Source: Lama guanicoe
Lineage: Eukaryota
NCBI GenBank assembly: GCA_013239625.1
Contig: MU054001.1
Coordinates: 5,257,078 to 5,321,077, forward strand
DNA: 64,000 nucleotides
Reading direction: 5' to 3'
Shown here: positions 25,165 to 37,742 of the stretch, piece by piece
Numbering within the stretch: position 1 is the first letter of the stretch
How the letters are laid out: each line of letters starts with the position of its first letter
The notes under the pieces: model-generated
Told to the model about the DNA's origin: nothing
Database searches by the model: none
The model's input: the letters and a program-made list of their open reading frames with translations, nothing else
Translations under genes and position numbers: made by a program

Positions 25165-25452
25165 GCAGACATCCAGCTGGTATGCACTGCTCGAGCTGTA
25201 TTGGTTGTTAAGACACTAAAGTAATTCCATACTCATTGTAAAAGAGTTATTACCTTGCACTTCTCCAGGGGCCCCTCTGTAACTCAAGCTGCCCTGGGCC
25301 ATCTTCTAAGAGTCCCGAAACCCCCCCACAGCCCAACAACTGAAGGGTTGACACTTCGCAGAGCAGGGCCCCAGTGCTGTAGCTGAATGGCATTCGTTCT
25401 AATTACCTGGTCCTGCCACAGAGGTCATTAAATATTTTGAATATCATCTCTG
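25165..25452 (-). mobile_element. hAT-Tip100-like MITE relic
   Basis: Ends cagctggtatgcac...ttggttgttaa and ttaaatattttgaatatcatctctg resemble the MamRep1894/MamTip-type terminus CAGGGGTGATATTCAAAATATTTAA. Confidence 0.45.
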
Positions 25453-25920
25453 GTGGAAGGACACTGGGACATCAGGGTGGGTCCATCAAGTGTGGGCTCA
25501 GCCCTGTCTGCTGAAGGAATTGTCTGCAAGAACCACAAAAGGGGATGATTCAGAACCGGCACTTGCCTGGGAGATGCTCAGCAGAAGGGATATGGCTCTT
25601 CAGTCATTGTCAAGAAGGTGAGAAGAAAGTTAAGGACCCCACCTTGAGGAAGGGGTCCAAGCCCTGGGGTTGACACTCACTGGAAATTTCCTTAGTGTGG
25701 CCTCAAGTCCCTGACAAGCTGGCTGCATCTTAGACTTCCCACCCCAGGATGCAGCTTGTTTTAAACCCTGGGTCAAGTCTGTCTAGAATTTTTACATACT
25801 GGTTATCACAGGATATTCTCCTCACCTTTGAGTTCTTGCTCCCAGATGGAGAGGAGGTTTTAAAAAAAGCAAAACAAAATACATGGGGAAAGCCAAACTT
25901 TTGGAGCCTTTATTTCATTT

Positions 25921-26070
25921 TTGTATCAATGTCAATATTCTGCTTGTGATATTATTGCAAGATGTTACCATTGGGGGAACCTGGCAAAGTGTACAAGTGA
26001 CCTCTGAATGATTTCTTATAACTGGATGTGAATCTACAATGATCTCAATAACAATTAAAGTTTAAAAAAA
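25921..26070 (+). mobile_element. L1MC-like 3' terminal fragment
   Basis: tgtatcaatgtcaatattct...gcaagatgttaccattggggga...tgtgaatctacaatgatctcaa. Confidence 0.85.
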
Positions 26071-26289
26071 CCTTGAATCTAACAGCTTCCTCTCACACTG
26101 AGGTCCTTTATATACTGAGCGGTAGGCAGGAGGTGGAAGGATAGGGCAGACTAGAGGTCCTGCTGCTAAAAAGGCAAAAGGTCTTTGGCAGCTCTCAGAG
26201 CAACCTCAGCCTGAAGGCTCAGACCCCAGGACTGATGTCTCATTTACTAGGACCACCAGCTCTGTGGCACCTCCAGAATCCTCACAAGG

Positions 26290-26800
26290 AATATTAGTTG
26301 CTTGGTTTGCCCAACAACTCTTCCATCCCAAACTGCTTCTATTGGTGAATTCCACTTTTTCCATTCTATGTGCTCCGGAGGGGCTGCCAATCACACTGCA
26401 CTACACCATGGACGAAACAGTGGGTATATGACACAAGCCTGGCTAATCATTGCCCAGGGCTGGATTTGCGCCCAGAGCTGGGTCAACCAGAGACCATCAT
26501 ACATTTCTTTTTCCTCCAAGAATAGCTGGAGAAGCACTCTTTCTTTTGATTAGATGATGTTAAGCCCAGAGCTGGATAAGCAATGCCTACTCTCCCTGCC
26601 CTGCAAGGAGAGAGCCCATCAGTGTTAGGAGAGACTGAGGTCAACACATGGAGAGAATCTAAGGAAGGAGAGAGCCAGGGAGAAGTACAGAGAGACAGAG
26701 AGAGAGCAGTTTCACACGAGCCTCTGGAGCCATCTGCTTACATGAGACAATTCATCCTTTGTGCTTGAGCCATCTCGAGTTGGGTTTCCATCACTAACCC
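26290..26800 (+). mobile_element. Old MaLR LTR (MLT1K-like)
   Basis: gggtatatgacacaagcctggctaatca...tgcttgagccatctcgagttgggtttccatcact. Confidence 0.65.
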
Positions 26801-27344
26801 ACACCTTAACCTTTCATGAACTGGGCCTGTGGATTTAAGACCTCTAGGCTCCAGCCCACACCCCTGGGTGGTTGGCCCTGGAGAGAACCCCACCAACTCC
26901 TTCCCCCAGACCCTGATACTGAGAGCAGAGACTTGTTTCTAACAGTGACAGAGCATTAGTCCCAAGGATGGTGAACAACTGGAGGTGCAGAAGGGCCACG
27001 CTGGGCCAAAGTGCAGCAGCCAACTCTCCTGGACAGGGAGATCCTGAGCTGAGATCCTTGCAGTCCCTCTGCTGAGGCAGCTGGCTCTTCCAAAAGATTA
27101 ATATTGTTTACATGAGCTATTAGTTTCAATGCAAGAAAAGAGGAGCCTGGGAGAGGAGAGGTTTTGATGTAAACAACTCCAGTTCTATCTCAGGGCATAA
27201 GTTCCTGCTTCAGACACTCAATTCAGGGATGGTTTGCCAAGTCACAACATCCTGGGCACTGTGGGAATGAAAAGATGAGCAAGACCTTGGTCTTTCCTTC
27301 AGAACTTGGGCTGTTTGGGAAGACAAGCATCATCTCATCTAAGA

Positions 27345-27650
27345 GGATGGCAATGAGGTTGTAAGCAGGGCTCTGGAATCAGAACGTCTGGATTCAAAAT
27401 TCCAGCTTGTCTCAACCTATGAGCAGCCAGGAGGCAGACATAGACATCAGATGCATTTCTTTAGCAAGCAAACTAGCCTCTAAGGTTTTGGTGCTTCTGT
27501 TTCCTTCTCAGCAAAATGAGGCAACAGCAATGCTTACCTCAGGGACATGGTGAGGATTAAATTGGATAAAACATGTAAAATCCTTGGCAGGCAGTACGTG
27601 TTTGCTAAATGGTACCTGTGTTGTCATCATCGGTCATTATTATTGTCATT
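27345..27650 (+). mobile_element. MIR SINE nested in a minus-strand L2 (about 27225-27860)
   Basis: gctctggaatcagaacgtctggattcaaa...gtgaggattaaattggataa. Confidence 0.75.
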
Positions 27651-28509
27651 ATCACCAATACTTCAATGAGGACTTTGGAATAAGCCATGAAGGTGGTCAA
27701 AGTTGTACAGGAAATAGGAGGAAAGAGCTTAACTGGGGATCCAGAGAGGCTTTCTGGAAGAGCTGGCACTAGAGCTGGACCTTAACGAGTAAGTGGGGGT
27801 GGTGGGGAGGATGTTTTCAGAGCTACAAAGCCACCAGGCATGAAGAACTAAAGCAAGAGTCATTCCTGCTGCTCTGACCTCCCAGGCTTCAGTGCAGACC
27901 ACCCCGTAGAAACAAGGGAGGTGCCCAAGCATCCAGGAACCCCAGAGCTGAGCCACATCATTGCACATGATCATGTCCTTGCTGCAGAGCTATAGTGGGT
28001 CCGGGAGGCTGGGAGAATGCTAACAAGAACTCACGTCTCTTCCAAGACTCCTGAGGTAGGAAGCCTGCCATCTCCTCTCTCTAGGCCAGAACTTCAAGCC
28101 CCCTAAGCTGTGCTTCCCAAGCCTGTTGTCCAGTGGGGCTCATTGCCCATCCTGGGCAGACCCAGCCAAGCACAGCCCTAAAAGTGGTGCCTGGCAAGTG
28201 GTCAGCTCTCTGCACATAGATTATGAATAAATGAATTACCTGAGCATTTTCTTGTCTCGTTCAACCCTATACTATCACCTCCATGAGTGTGTGAGATACA
28301 TGAAGTCTTGGCTGGCTTATAAAATGTCTGATTTCATCCTACGTGTGGACAGGCAGGAGCCCAGAAATGGATATCAATTCCTCCAGGAATATACTTTCTC
28401 CTCTGGGTTTTCCCTTCCTTGGGCCTTAGGAGTCTATCCAAAGAGGTCTCACTCAGTCATATGGTTCTAGGAACACTTAGAAAGCATTTCTTATCAGAGA
28501 AAGTCTTAG

Positions 28510-28988
28510 GTAGTGCCAACTGGCCTCTAGAGAAGGATCCATTCCCCACCCTCCATCCATGTGGCTCAGGTGTGGCTAACACTAATATCACAGGTGGGCA
28601 TTTAACCCAGGCTTAACTCATTACCACATCCCATCCCCCTGACCACAGAGATCCATTCAGGGGTGAGCCGAAGATCTCAACTAGCCCAATATGGGTAAAG
28701 TCTGAAACTTTTGATGGGATTATTGGAAGTGGAAGTTCTCTTTCCACAGAAGTGGGCCCATGACTGACAGCAGCTATTTTGGTTCCTCATGAGGTGAACC
28801 CACCTTCCTCATAAGGGTGAAGCCCATGCAGGAGGGCAGAGCTGGGATATGAGCAATGAGCATTTGAGCAGCTGAAGTCAGCCATGCCTGAAGCCAACCC
28901 AATCAGGTAACAATAAAGTCTCTTTTTAGCTTTAACCAATTTAAGTTGGGTTGTCTGTCATTTGTGTCTGAGAGTCCTCATGACACAC
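28510..28988 (+). mobile_element. Old MaLR LTR (MLT1K-like)
   Basis: ccatgtggctcaggtgtggct...cagccatgcctgaagcc...caataaag...ttaagttgggttgtctgtcatttg. Confidence 0.75.
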
Positions 28989-29504
28989 ATGGGACAGCAG
29001 GAACACTAGCTCATATGTCCGAGAAAACCTTGCCATGGACCCCTGGAGATCAAAGAGTTTGTCCCTGGGAACTTGTCTTTTCTGCTCATTCAACAAATAT
29101 TTATTGAGCCCCAGAGAAGATAACTGAGAAATTTGATCTCCAAAATTATAAGCATGATTGATGCATTGCTTATCTGGGGTAATTGGGGCTAGGTATCCTG
29201 GGAGGTGGGCAGTGAACGGGACCTGAAGAGGTGGAGAGATGCACAGTGTCCAGGTCACAAGCATGTGAGGGTCTTGGGCTCTGGGTACCAGCTCTGTCAC
29301 TCACCTGCTGCATGATCTTCCTGGAAAGGCACTTTGAACTCTCTGGCCCTCAGTTCTTCTACCTTTAAAATGAATATTTAATATCTGTCCTACTGAATCC
29401 ACCTGGTTGTTGTCCAAACAAACAAACAAAAAAGGTACTTCGATTTGTTAAAAGCAATATATATTTGGATGAAAGAAAATCACTTTATAAACCGATACGA
29501 GGCA

Positions 29505-30530
29505 TTTTAGCTTCTGGCCAAGATAAAGTAACAGAGACCAGATTTATCCTCCCACCTTAAACAACTTAAAGTCCAGACAAAATGTAGGAAACAATGGTTT
29601 TCAGACATTGCATTACAAGTGGTGCAGGATTCCCGAGAAAGGGGAAGTAAACAAAGCGAGCCCTTATACTGCTGGTGAACTGCCTGAATTGAGTTTCCAA
29701 GTTGCGGCACAGGGAGAGGGGCACCCAAAGCAGAGCCTGGTGGTCTCTCTGAGTCGAAGAGATATAATTGTAGACAAAAGAGCTAGGGTTTTCAGGACAG
29801 CATATCCCAGAGGGGCGATCTGCACAGAGGGCACTCTGGGGATTTTCCCTCTAGAAGTCAGCAGAGTACTGCACGGCATGTACATGTAGGGAGACAGTCC
29901 AAGGCTGGGGAAAGAACCAGTGGAAATGAACAAGAAGAATAACTTCTAGAGCTCCAACAGCACTGAAAATAGTTTACGTTCCTAAAAGCCAGAATAGAGA
30001 AATCTCATAAAACACAGGGCATCAGGTGTAGTACTCAGAAGGACACTGCCTCATTTGTAAGGTCAAATGAGCTCTATGCTACAGACTTCTGTGGTCCAAG
30101 CCCAACAAAGCGTAAAGCAAGTCTCAACAGGATCGAACTGTTTGCATGGAATTTAAATAAGTCTCAGAACAAAGCTCAAAAATATTTAAGGACATTTTAA
30201 AACTTCAGCACACAAGGTAAAATTCCCAGTGTCTGACATTCTGTTAAAATTATCAGATGTGCAAAGAGTCAGGAAAATGCAACCAATGACGAAAAGAAAA
30301 ATCAACAGAAACAGATCCAAAAGTTACATAGATAATATAGGTGGTAGACAAGGACATGAAAATATTTAACACGCATATATTCCATATGCTCAAGAAGGTA
30401 GAAACAAACAAAAATATATTCAGGACAAACACAGATAATTTAAAAAGACCCAAACTGAGTTTCCAGAGATGAAAAATACAGTATCTGAGATGGGGGAGAA
30501 AAAACAAAACACTGGCAGGAATTAAATCGA
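29505..30530 (+). mobile_element. Ancient L1 5' UTR plus start of ORF1 (L1MD/L1MC 5'-end-like)
   Basis: cttctggccaagat...gtaacagagaccagattta...aaacaatggttttcagacattg 5' end; ORF1-like ccaaactgagtttccagagatgaaaaatacagtatctgagatg. Confidence 0.75.
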
Positions 30531-32749
30531 CATGAAAGAAGTAAGGAACATCCCAGTTTGGGTACTTTGCAAAGGCTGAATGAAAGCAAACTGTCTGGGT
30601 ATGAGAGGTGGGATTGTAAATTCAGAGCAGCTGCCCAGAATGTAGTGGGTCTTTATAAAAATTATCTAAAGCACCTCAGCTAGGAGAACTATTACAAAAG
30701 GGATTATTTTACAATGCACTCCTTCGTGAGGGCTGACACAGCTCTGAGCTAGGGCTACATGGTGTGGTGGGGAACAAAGCATCAGCGACATTTTTGGTCC
30801 ATGTGTCCATCAGCCAGGCACCTTGTTTCAGGCCATGATCTGCACAGCCACACCACACACAGTGGTCTAGTGTAAATCAGGGAAAATAAAGGAGAAAGAA
30901 TAACACAGCATCATGGACTGGCACTTTCTTACAGACACAATTCCAGCTCTGCCTGAGAGCTCTTTTACTTGCTTTTAAGAACCAGCAGAAAACCAACCAG
31001 CTATTGGCTCCTTCCTCCCTCTATTGTGATCTCCTTTCCCCTCTGCCCCTCGCTCTTCCATCATCTGGGAGTTGATCTCACACTGGCCAAAGGCAATTAC
31101 ATGGACAGCCCCCTGACAGTAGAAGAGATGGCTGAAGGGGCTTCTCAGCTCTGTGGTTAACCAGTGGACAGGATCCCCCATAGTAGCCACCACCAAAATT
31201 TAAATGCTGAAACAATATATCCAGAAAACAGCTTGATGTAACCCCCCATGTAAATCAATGGTTTAAAAATACGTAAGTAGAAAAACCTTCAACCTGCTAC
31301 TGGGACCCCCAAAAACACCAAGGGGTTGCTCAGAGTCTACCCAAAGAATCTACTCACTTCACACTTGCCAAGAAGACACCCTCCTTCCGATTCTATTCAG
31401 CCTGATATCCCCAGGGAATATTCAGAACCCAAGAGACAGAAACAATATAAAGATAGTAATTTCTCTCTGAAACAACAATTTGTATTTTCATATCTTTGAT
31501 ACACAGTCTAATACTCAAATCAATAGGCCAATGGAGATTCACCCAGAGCAAGTTTAATAAGAAAAATAGTTTAAAAAAAAGATTTGGAAATCTAGAGCTA
31601 TATTACTTGCAGGTGTGTTGGATTGTGGGGGTGCAGTTAAGCTGGTGCTGTCTTTTTCCCCTAGTGTAATAAAAGAGAAAAGCTAAACCTCTGAGTTGAT
31701 TATAATCACATAGAAATGAGAGCTTCTGGCTGTTTTGTGCTCCCCTTCTCCTCTCCTACCCTTTCCCCAATCAATACAGCAAGTTTTGTCTTCTCTGATG
31801 AAAACTCAACTTTCTGGCTGTTTTTGCAATTTAGGCTTCCTCATGTCTGATCTGGGTTTTCAGGCAGGCAAATCAGCTTCCAGATCTGGGGCATAAGTTT
31901 GGAAAACCCAAAGCAAATGCCTGTTCCAGAAGGTGGGTAGGAAATTTTGATAAAAAACAAGACCCAACAAACAGAATCTTGATAGTGTTGAGAAAGTCCC
32001 AAGAGGTCAGGCAGCAGGTGGACACTTGATCTTATGACCCCTTTCCTTGTCCCATGGCTGTGTCTTCTCCTTCATGGTGCTACTACTTAACTGTAGGATC
32101 CCTTTTGATCTCTGGTGAGACCACACTTAGAAACTCTTGGGTTACAGCCTCAGCTGCCGTGTTTCTGGAAGAACATAAGGGCAGAATGCATAACTGTATA
32201 TTGGAGGCAATTTTGCTCACTTTCCCAGGTGGCTGCAGAGCTGGGTCTTGGTTAAGATTTATTACTCTCCTGAGACTGACAGAGCCACACACAACAGCCA
32301 CAGCTTTATTTATGGACTTTCTCCCCTGGCCAGAAAGAAAACAGTAAAACCCTCGCTCCTGCCAGGTAGATAGAAGGAAAGTCAACCCTTGGGACCCCAT
32401 CCTGGGCACCTAGGAGGTCTGCCTGGGTCTTTCTCCACCTGCCCACAGATGTTCACTGCTCCCCCCCCCTCCACCTGCTGTCACGTCCCAGCTCTCCTGG
32501 GTCACCAGGCTTTAATTTGGGCTAATCTCTACTCCTGACTCAGGTAGGTGTGGTGGTGATAAATCAAAACGAGGACACAAGCTGTCAGTGATAAAACAGG
32601 AGAGACTTGTCAGTCTAATCAACATTATTAGCAGCGAGTCACAGGAAAGTCTCCAGCAGCTTTTCCTCCCCTTTTCCTGATGCCTCCCTTTAGTCTCCAT
32701 GAAGTTGCCAGCAAAGCAGATACAACCAAGTTGGAGCTGAATTCACAAT

Positions 32750-33196
32750 GAGGAGGTGGGAGTGGGAGGCTCCGTGTGGCACCCCAGGGGACAGCCACAA
32801 ATACTGCAGTCATCAGGGCAGACAAGGATGAAGGCAGCAACCTGGCTTCTTCAGAGGGTCTCCTCCCCCTGTGGATGGGGAAACTGTACCATTTTATGCC
32901 CTCCAAAATCCTGCAGCTGGATGAGATGGAAAGACCCCATCTAAGCCAATTTTTTGCTTTGGGGCAGGGGAAGGTCTTTAACAAGCTCTCCCCAGACCTG
33001 AGGGAGAGTGTATGTGAAGGAGAAAAGTGGCTTTGATATCTGGTGGCTCTGTAGCTCCTGGTTTTAGAGCTTGCTGAGGCCATGCTTCTTGCACTGAGAT
33101 CTCCTACCTGGGTCCTCAGGATATAGCTTCTCCTTTTTGCTTTCGTAACTTGAGTGGTTTCTGTTTCTTGCAACTGCAGCAGTCCCGATTGTATGA
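32750..33196 (+). mobile_element. Old MaLR/ERVL LTR fragment
   Basis: 3' end tttttgctttcgtaacttgagtggtttctgtttcttgcaac. Confidence 0.5.
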
Positions 33197-33254
33197 AAAC
33201 ACAATGTATATGAAAACACAGCATTTTGCAACAAGCACATGCTGAAAAAATCTA

Positions 33255-33739
33255 CTATGTATATACATACACACACACACACACACAATGGACTATTACT
33301 CAGCCATAAAAAAGAATTAAATATTGTCATGTACAGTAACAAGTATGGATGTAGAGATTATCATACTAAGTGAAGTAAGACAGAGAAAGACAAATATTAT
33401 ATGATATCACTTATTGTGGAATCTAAAAAATAATACAAATGAACTTACAAAACAGACTCACAGACATAGAAAACAAACTAATGGTTACCCAAGGGGAAAG
33501 GAAGGAGGAGAGAGAAATTAGAAGTGTGGAATTAACAGATAAAAACTACTATATACAAAATAGATTTAAAAAAACAAGAATTTACTGTATAGCACAGGAA
33601 ACTATATTCAGTATCTTACAATAACCTATAATGGAAACGAATCTGAAAAAATATATATGTATAACTGAATCATTTTTCTGTATACCTGAAACTAGCATAA
33701 CATTGTAAATCAACTGTACTTCTATTTAAAAAAAAAAAA
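33255..33739 (+). mobile_element. L1 3' end (artiodactyl/camelid type)
   Basis: actcagccataaaaaagaa...cagactcacagacatagaaaacaaact...tgtaaatcaactgtact, then poly(A). Confidence 0.92.
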
Positions 33740-33749
33740 GCTTCTTCTT

Positions 33750-34265
33750 GCAGGCAGAATTATCTCATTAAAATTCACAGCAGATCTTATCATGCTCCAA
33801 TTTGTTCCAATGGCTTCTCAAGTCCAATCTGAATAAAACCCCAACTCCCTACCTCAGTTTAAGGCCCTGCATGCTCTGGTCTGGCTCCCTCACTGAACTC
33901 ATCTCCTTTCATCCTTGTGCCTCCTGTCGGCCCCACAAACGCACCAGGACTGCTGCAGATCAGAACCCTCTGCCTGGACAGCTCCTCCAGCTCTTCATAT
34001 GGCTGCCTCTCTTCTGGTTCAGGTCTCCAGAAAGTCACAGCTGGCCTGTTTCAGCAACTTCAAACTCCACAACCAGTAGTATTTATTTAATAGGTTTTCC
34101 ATTTATACTGATCTGAAACAATATTCTTTTTTTAATGTCTTCTCTCCTTCCCCCTGAACTGAAATAAACTCCATGTGGGCAAGATCTTGTCTCGCTACTC
34201 ACTGCTATGATCCTATCACCAAGATGAGTGTCTGGCTTACAGAAGCTGTTCAATAAATTCTGCTG
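33750..34265 (+). mobile_element. L2 3' fragment
   Basis: ttccaatggcttctc...taaactccatgtgggcaaga...tcaataaattc. Confidence 0.7.
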
Positions 34266-34609
34266 TCCAAGCAGCTGACCAGCATTCCACAGGACAGACT
34301 TAGGGCAGTACTGAGCAAAGTCACCTCAAAGGTCTCCAGCAGCTCTCAGAATGATGCTTTTGCTAGTCCAGCCTGAATTGCTCTCTCCTCTGCCAAAGAT
34401 GCACCCCGCAAAAGGGAGAAAACTTGGCCTTCCCTTTGTAACTTCCTGAAATCTACAAAGCCTATCTATGTCAGGGCTGGGAATTTGAATTCCACTCTGC
34501 CAGATCCGAGAAGCTGTGAAGGGGAGGAGAGACAGGAGAAAAATGTTGGCTGAGTCTGATCATTAAGGAAAGTGGAATCACCATGAAGCTGATGAAACTC
34601 CTGGGTCCT

Positions 34610-35605
34610 CACACACACTGGCCCCTTCCAAGGCCCCAGGAGAGGCACTACCAATGGTTTACATGCTCAGATGTATTTGTAAGATTTGCAAAAGATATTT
34701 GAACCACATCAGTTACAGTGGCTGTTTCTTCCCCTGCAACATGCTCCCATCAGGCAGGGTTGGCGAGCTGCAGGCGTTCAATCTGGCTAAGGAGAGGCTG
34801 GAGTTACATTTAGAATGAATATAGTGAGTAGATGGATATCGTTTCCAGTTAATTCCATGTAGTATTAAGCTATGGCCAGCTGTTCTAGCATGGGAATGGC
34901 ATCCAGGAATATTCCTCCTCTGACTCCTACCAACTAACCTTACATCACAGTGTGAAGATACAAGGCCAGGGGTCGTATCACAAGAAGAACATGTCCAACG
35001 TGCTCAGTGCCAGAAGTGAGGAAGTGGACAGAGCTAGAAGCTGGTCTGTGGGACATGGTTCCAATCCTCAGCATGGAATGTGGAATATGAAGGCATTGGT
35101 CCTCACCATTTGGACATTTCCATTCTTCCAATTCTCCCTGGAACAATCATGTTACCTAATCATTGTCATATAAAGAGGCAATCATAAACAAGTTTCTTCT
35201 TTACAGCACAGACAACTATATTCAATATCTTGTAGTCACCTACAGTGAAAAAGAATATGAAAATGAATATTTGTATGTATATGCATGACTGAAACATTGT
35301 CCTGTACCCCAGAAATCGACACATTGTAACTGACTATATTTCAATTTTTAAAAAAGTGACAGAAAAGGGGCAAAAATATGAAGCCAAAACATGTAGAGAT
35401 AAAAACGTATTTTAGAGCTATGTCAGCAGTTAATTCAAGCGTTGTTACTGTTCTCATTTTTCTGATATTTGTGGGGCTTGTCAGTGTTTCAAGTTTTCTT
35501 ATTCATTATAGGGTTTTTCCCCACTATAAATCAGTATTCACTTTCATACATAAATTTGTTTTCCTTTTTTCTTTAAGAGCATCCCTAAGTGCACAAGCTT
35601 CCCCT
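34610..35605. mobile_element. hAT-Tip100 (MER115/Zaphod-like) relic, interrupted by an L1 3' end
   Basis: tttgtaagatttgcaaaagatatt...ggaatggcatccaggaatattcct...ctttaagagcatccctaagtgcacaagctt; family assigned from memory. Confidence 0.45.
35184..35356 (+). mobile_element. Short young L1 3' end
   Basis: cagcacagacaactatattcaatatcttgtag...gaaaaagaatatgaaaatgaata; close to the 3' end of the L1 at 57502-58141. Confidence 0.9.
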
Positions 35606-36624
35606 TGGAGTTCATCGCCACACCTGATCATCAGCTCCACTGGGACTTGGATGCCGAGGCTGCGGGGGGCGGCTGAAGGGTGTGAGGGCTTTGGGGTGGG
35701 GTCCTGGGCCCAGAGTTCTGTTCTGGCCCAAACCAGTCCTGGTTTGCACTGACTAGAACAGCTGCTGTCCCTCCTCCAACACTCAAATCCTCATCCCTCC
35801 AGCCCTCATTTTGAGCTGAAGCCAAATGATTTCCTGTGTTTTCTCTGTTTATCAGCTTTCTATTACCATGATGGCCCATGGCCCGAGCCACCCACTCAAT
35901 AAAACAAAGCAAACAAACTTCCACAAACCCACAAACAGCTCTGAGCTCACAGGCCTGGTGTCACATCCTAATTAACAAGTCATCCTCAGCCAACCTGATG
36001 ACGTGCCTGCCATCCCTTCTGGATTTGTGGGCAAACAAATCATCCCCGGGCCTCGGGCAGTAGCTCCTGGGCGGGGAGGATGGAGGATGTGAGAGGGGCT
36101 CTTTGCTGCGGCTTCCTCCTGGCCTCTTCCCTGCCCCTCTCCTGTATGCAGTTAGCAGACTTGCAGGGCTGCCTGCTTGCAGGCTGCCAAGGCCAAGGCG
36201 ACTGGACTATGGCCCTGGGAATCCCCTTTCCCTGCAGCTTCACAATTCATCCTTTCCTCTTGCTCCACTTCTCAGTACTGAGGCTCTAAAATGGGAAGCA
36301 GCTCCACCACAAGCTCTATTCATGCAGACAACATAAAGGCAACCTCTTCATGGCAGTTAGATCACAGACAGTGTCCTGCCCCTTCCAGAGCATCCTTCCA
36401 GCGGGCTGGGGAAGGAAGCTTGGAGACCTCAGGGAGAGAAGGCAAGGTGTCCCGCCTTCCCTGGAGGCGCGGGGATGCTCCCAAGTACTTAACTTGCCTC
36501 CCTTCCCATCACAACTCCCTGCTTATCATCAGCTCTGCATTCTTGGACAAGTCATTCCCCATCCCTGGGCCTTTTGCCTCCTCATCTGTGACAGGAGAAA
36601 GAAGTAGGAGTCATTTGAGGTCTC

Positions 36625-36972
36625 ATAGGCCTTGTTCTCACACCAAATCTGGCCAACAGATGTTTTGAAGACTCCACATAATGCTATCTTCTTTTTGTTC
36701 TTGGATTAGTTACTGGCACTTTCAAAATGTGGAGATATCATTTTTTAATGTAGATTTCAGGCTACAAACTATTGCTTTCAAAATATTCAGATCTGGCTTC
36801 ATGGAGCCCACATTCCCTTATAGTAACAATTAAGAAGAGAAGCTGCTCCCAAGAGATGAGGCACATTCTCTCCAGTTTGCCACAGTCCCCACCACTCCCT
36901 GTCACCTACCCAACACACTACTCATGAAAGTAATTTATGTGACACTTGAAGGCATATCAGTTTGTGATGACG
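36625..36972 (+). mobile_element. MER102 (hAT-Charlie)
   Basis: ccaaatctggccaacagatgtttt...cagatctggc...ctctccagtttgccacagtccccaccactccct...ggcatatcagtttgtga. Confidence 0.8.
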
Positions 36973-37387
36973 GTTCTTTTTGTTTGTTTGTTTGTTTTGT
37001 TTGTTTACTATCCTGTAGTTTTCACTTTGCATTCCTTGTGAATACTCACAGCTCATTCTGCAGATGTTTATTGTCTCTTTCTTGTGGTCCTGGTCCCAGG
37101 CTAGGAACTGAGGGACGCATCCAGAGTGAAATGTGTCTCTGCCTTGAAGCCCCTAAAGTTTAGTTCTGGGGGCACTGGGACTGGCTAGATAAGAATCCAG
37201 GCTGATTCAGGAAGCTTTTTTCTCCAATGTGGGGAAACAGGAGACCAGTTTAAACTTTCTCTCTCTCTGCTTGCCCTGGAATAACCATATGACTAACACT
37301 TATGTGGCGCATGGCCCAGGACACTTTCCTAGTTATTTGATCTTTGAGTCCTTACCACAATCTAGAGAGGTATATATTATTTCTGGG

Positions 37388-37742
37388 TGCTCACAGATAC
37401 TGAATGTTTGTGTCTCTCCCTAATTTTTATTTTGAAAACTTAAAGCTGAAGATAACGGTATTAGGAGGTGAAGACTTTGGGGGTGATTGGGTCATGAGGG
37501 TAAGTCCTCTTGAATAGTATTAAGGCTCTTATAAAAAGAGGCCCCAGAGAGCTGGCTCATCCCTTCCACTGTGTGAGGACACAATAAGACATCTGCAATC
37601 TGGAGGAGAGTTCTCACCAGAACCTGATCGTGCTGGTGCTCTGATCTCAGACTCCCAGCTTCCAGAACGGTGAGAAATAAATTCCCATTGTTTATAAGCC
37701 ACCCAGCCTCTGGTATTTTGTTATAGCAAATGGACTAAGACA
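37388..37742 (+). mobile_element. MLT1A-like solo LTR
   Basis: ctgaatgtttgtgtc...ggtattaggaggtg...ttataaaaagaggccccagagagct...gagaaataaatt...ggactaagaca. Confidence 0.9.

Noticed and set aside
32628..33224. 198-aa minus-strand ORF
   Set aside because: It overlaps a decayed LTR fragment and has no protein similarity that I recognise.
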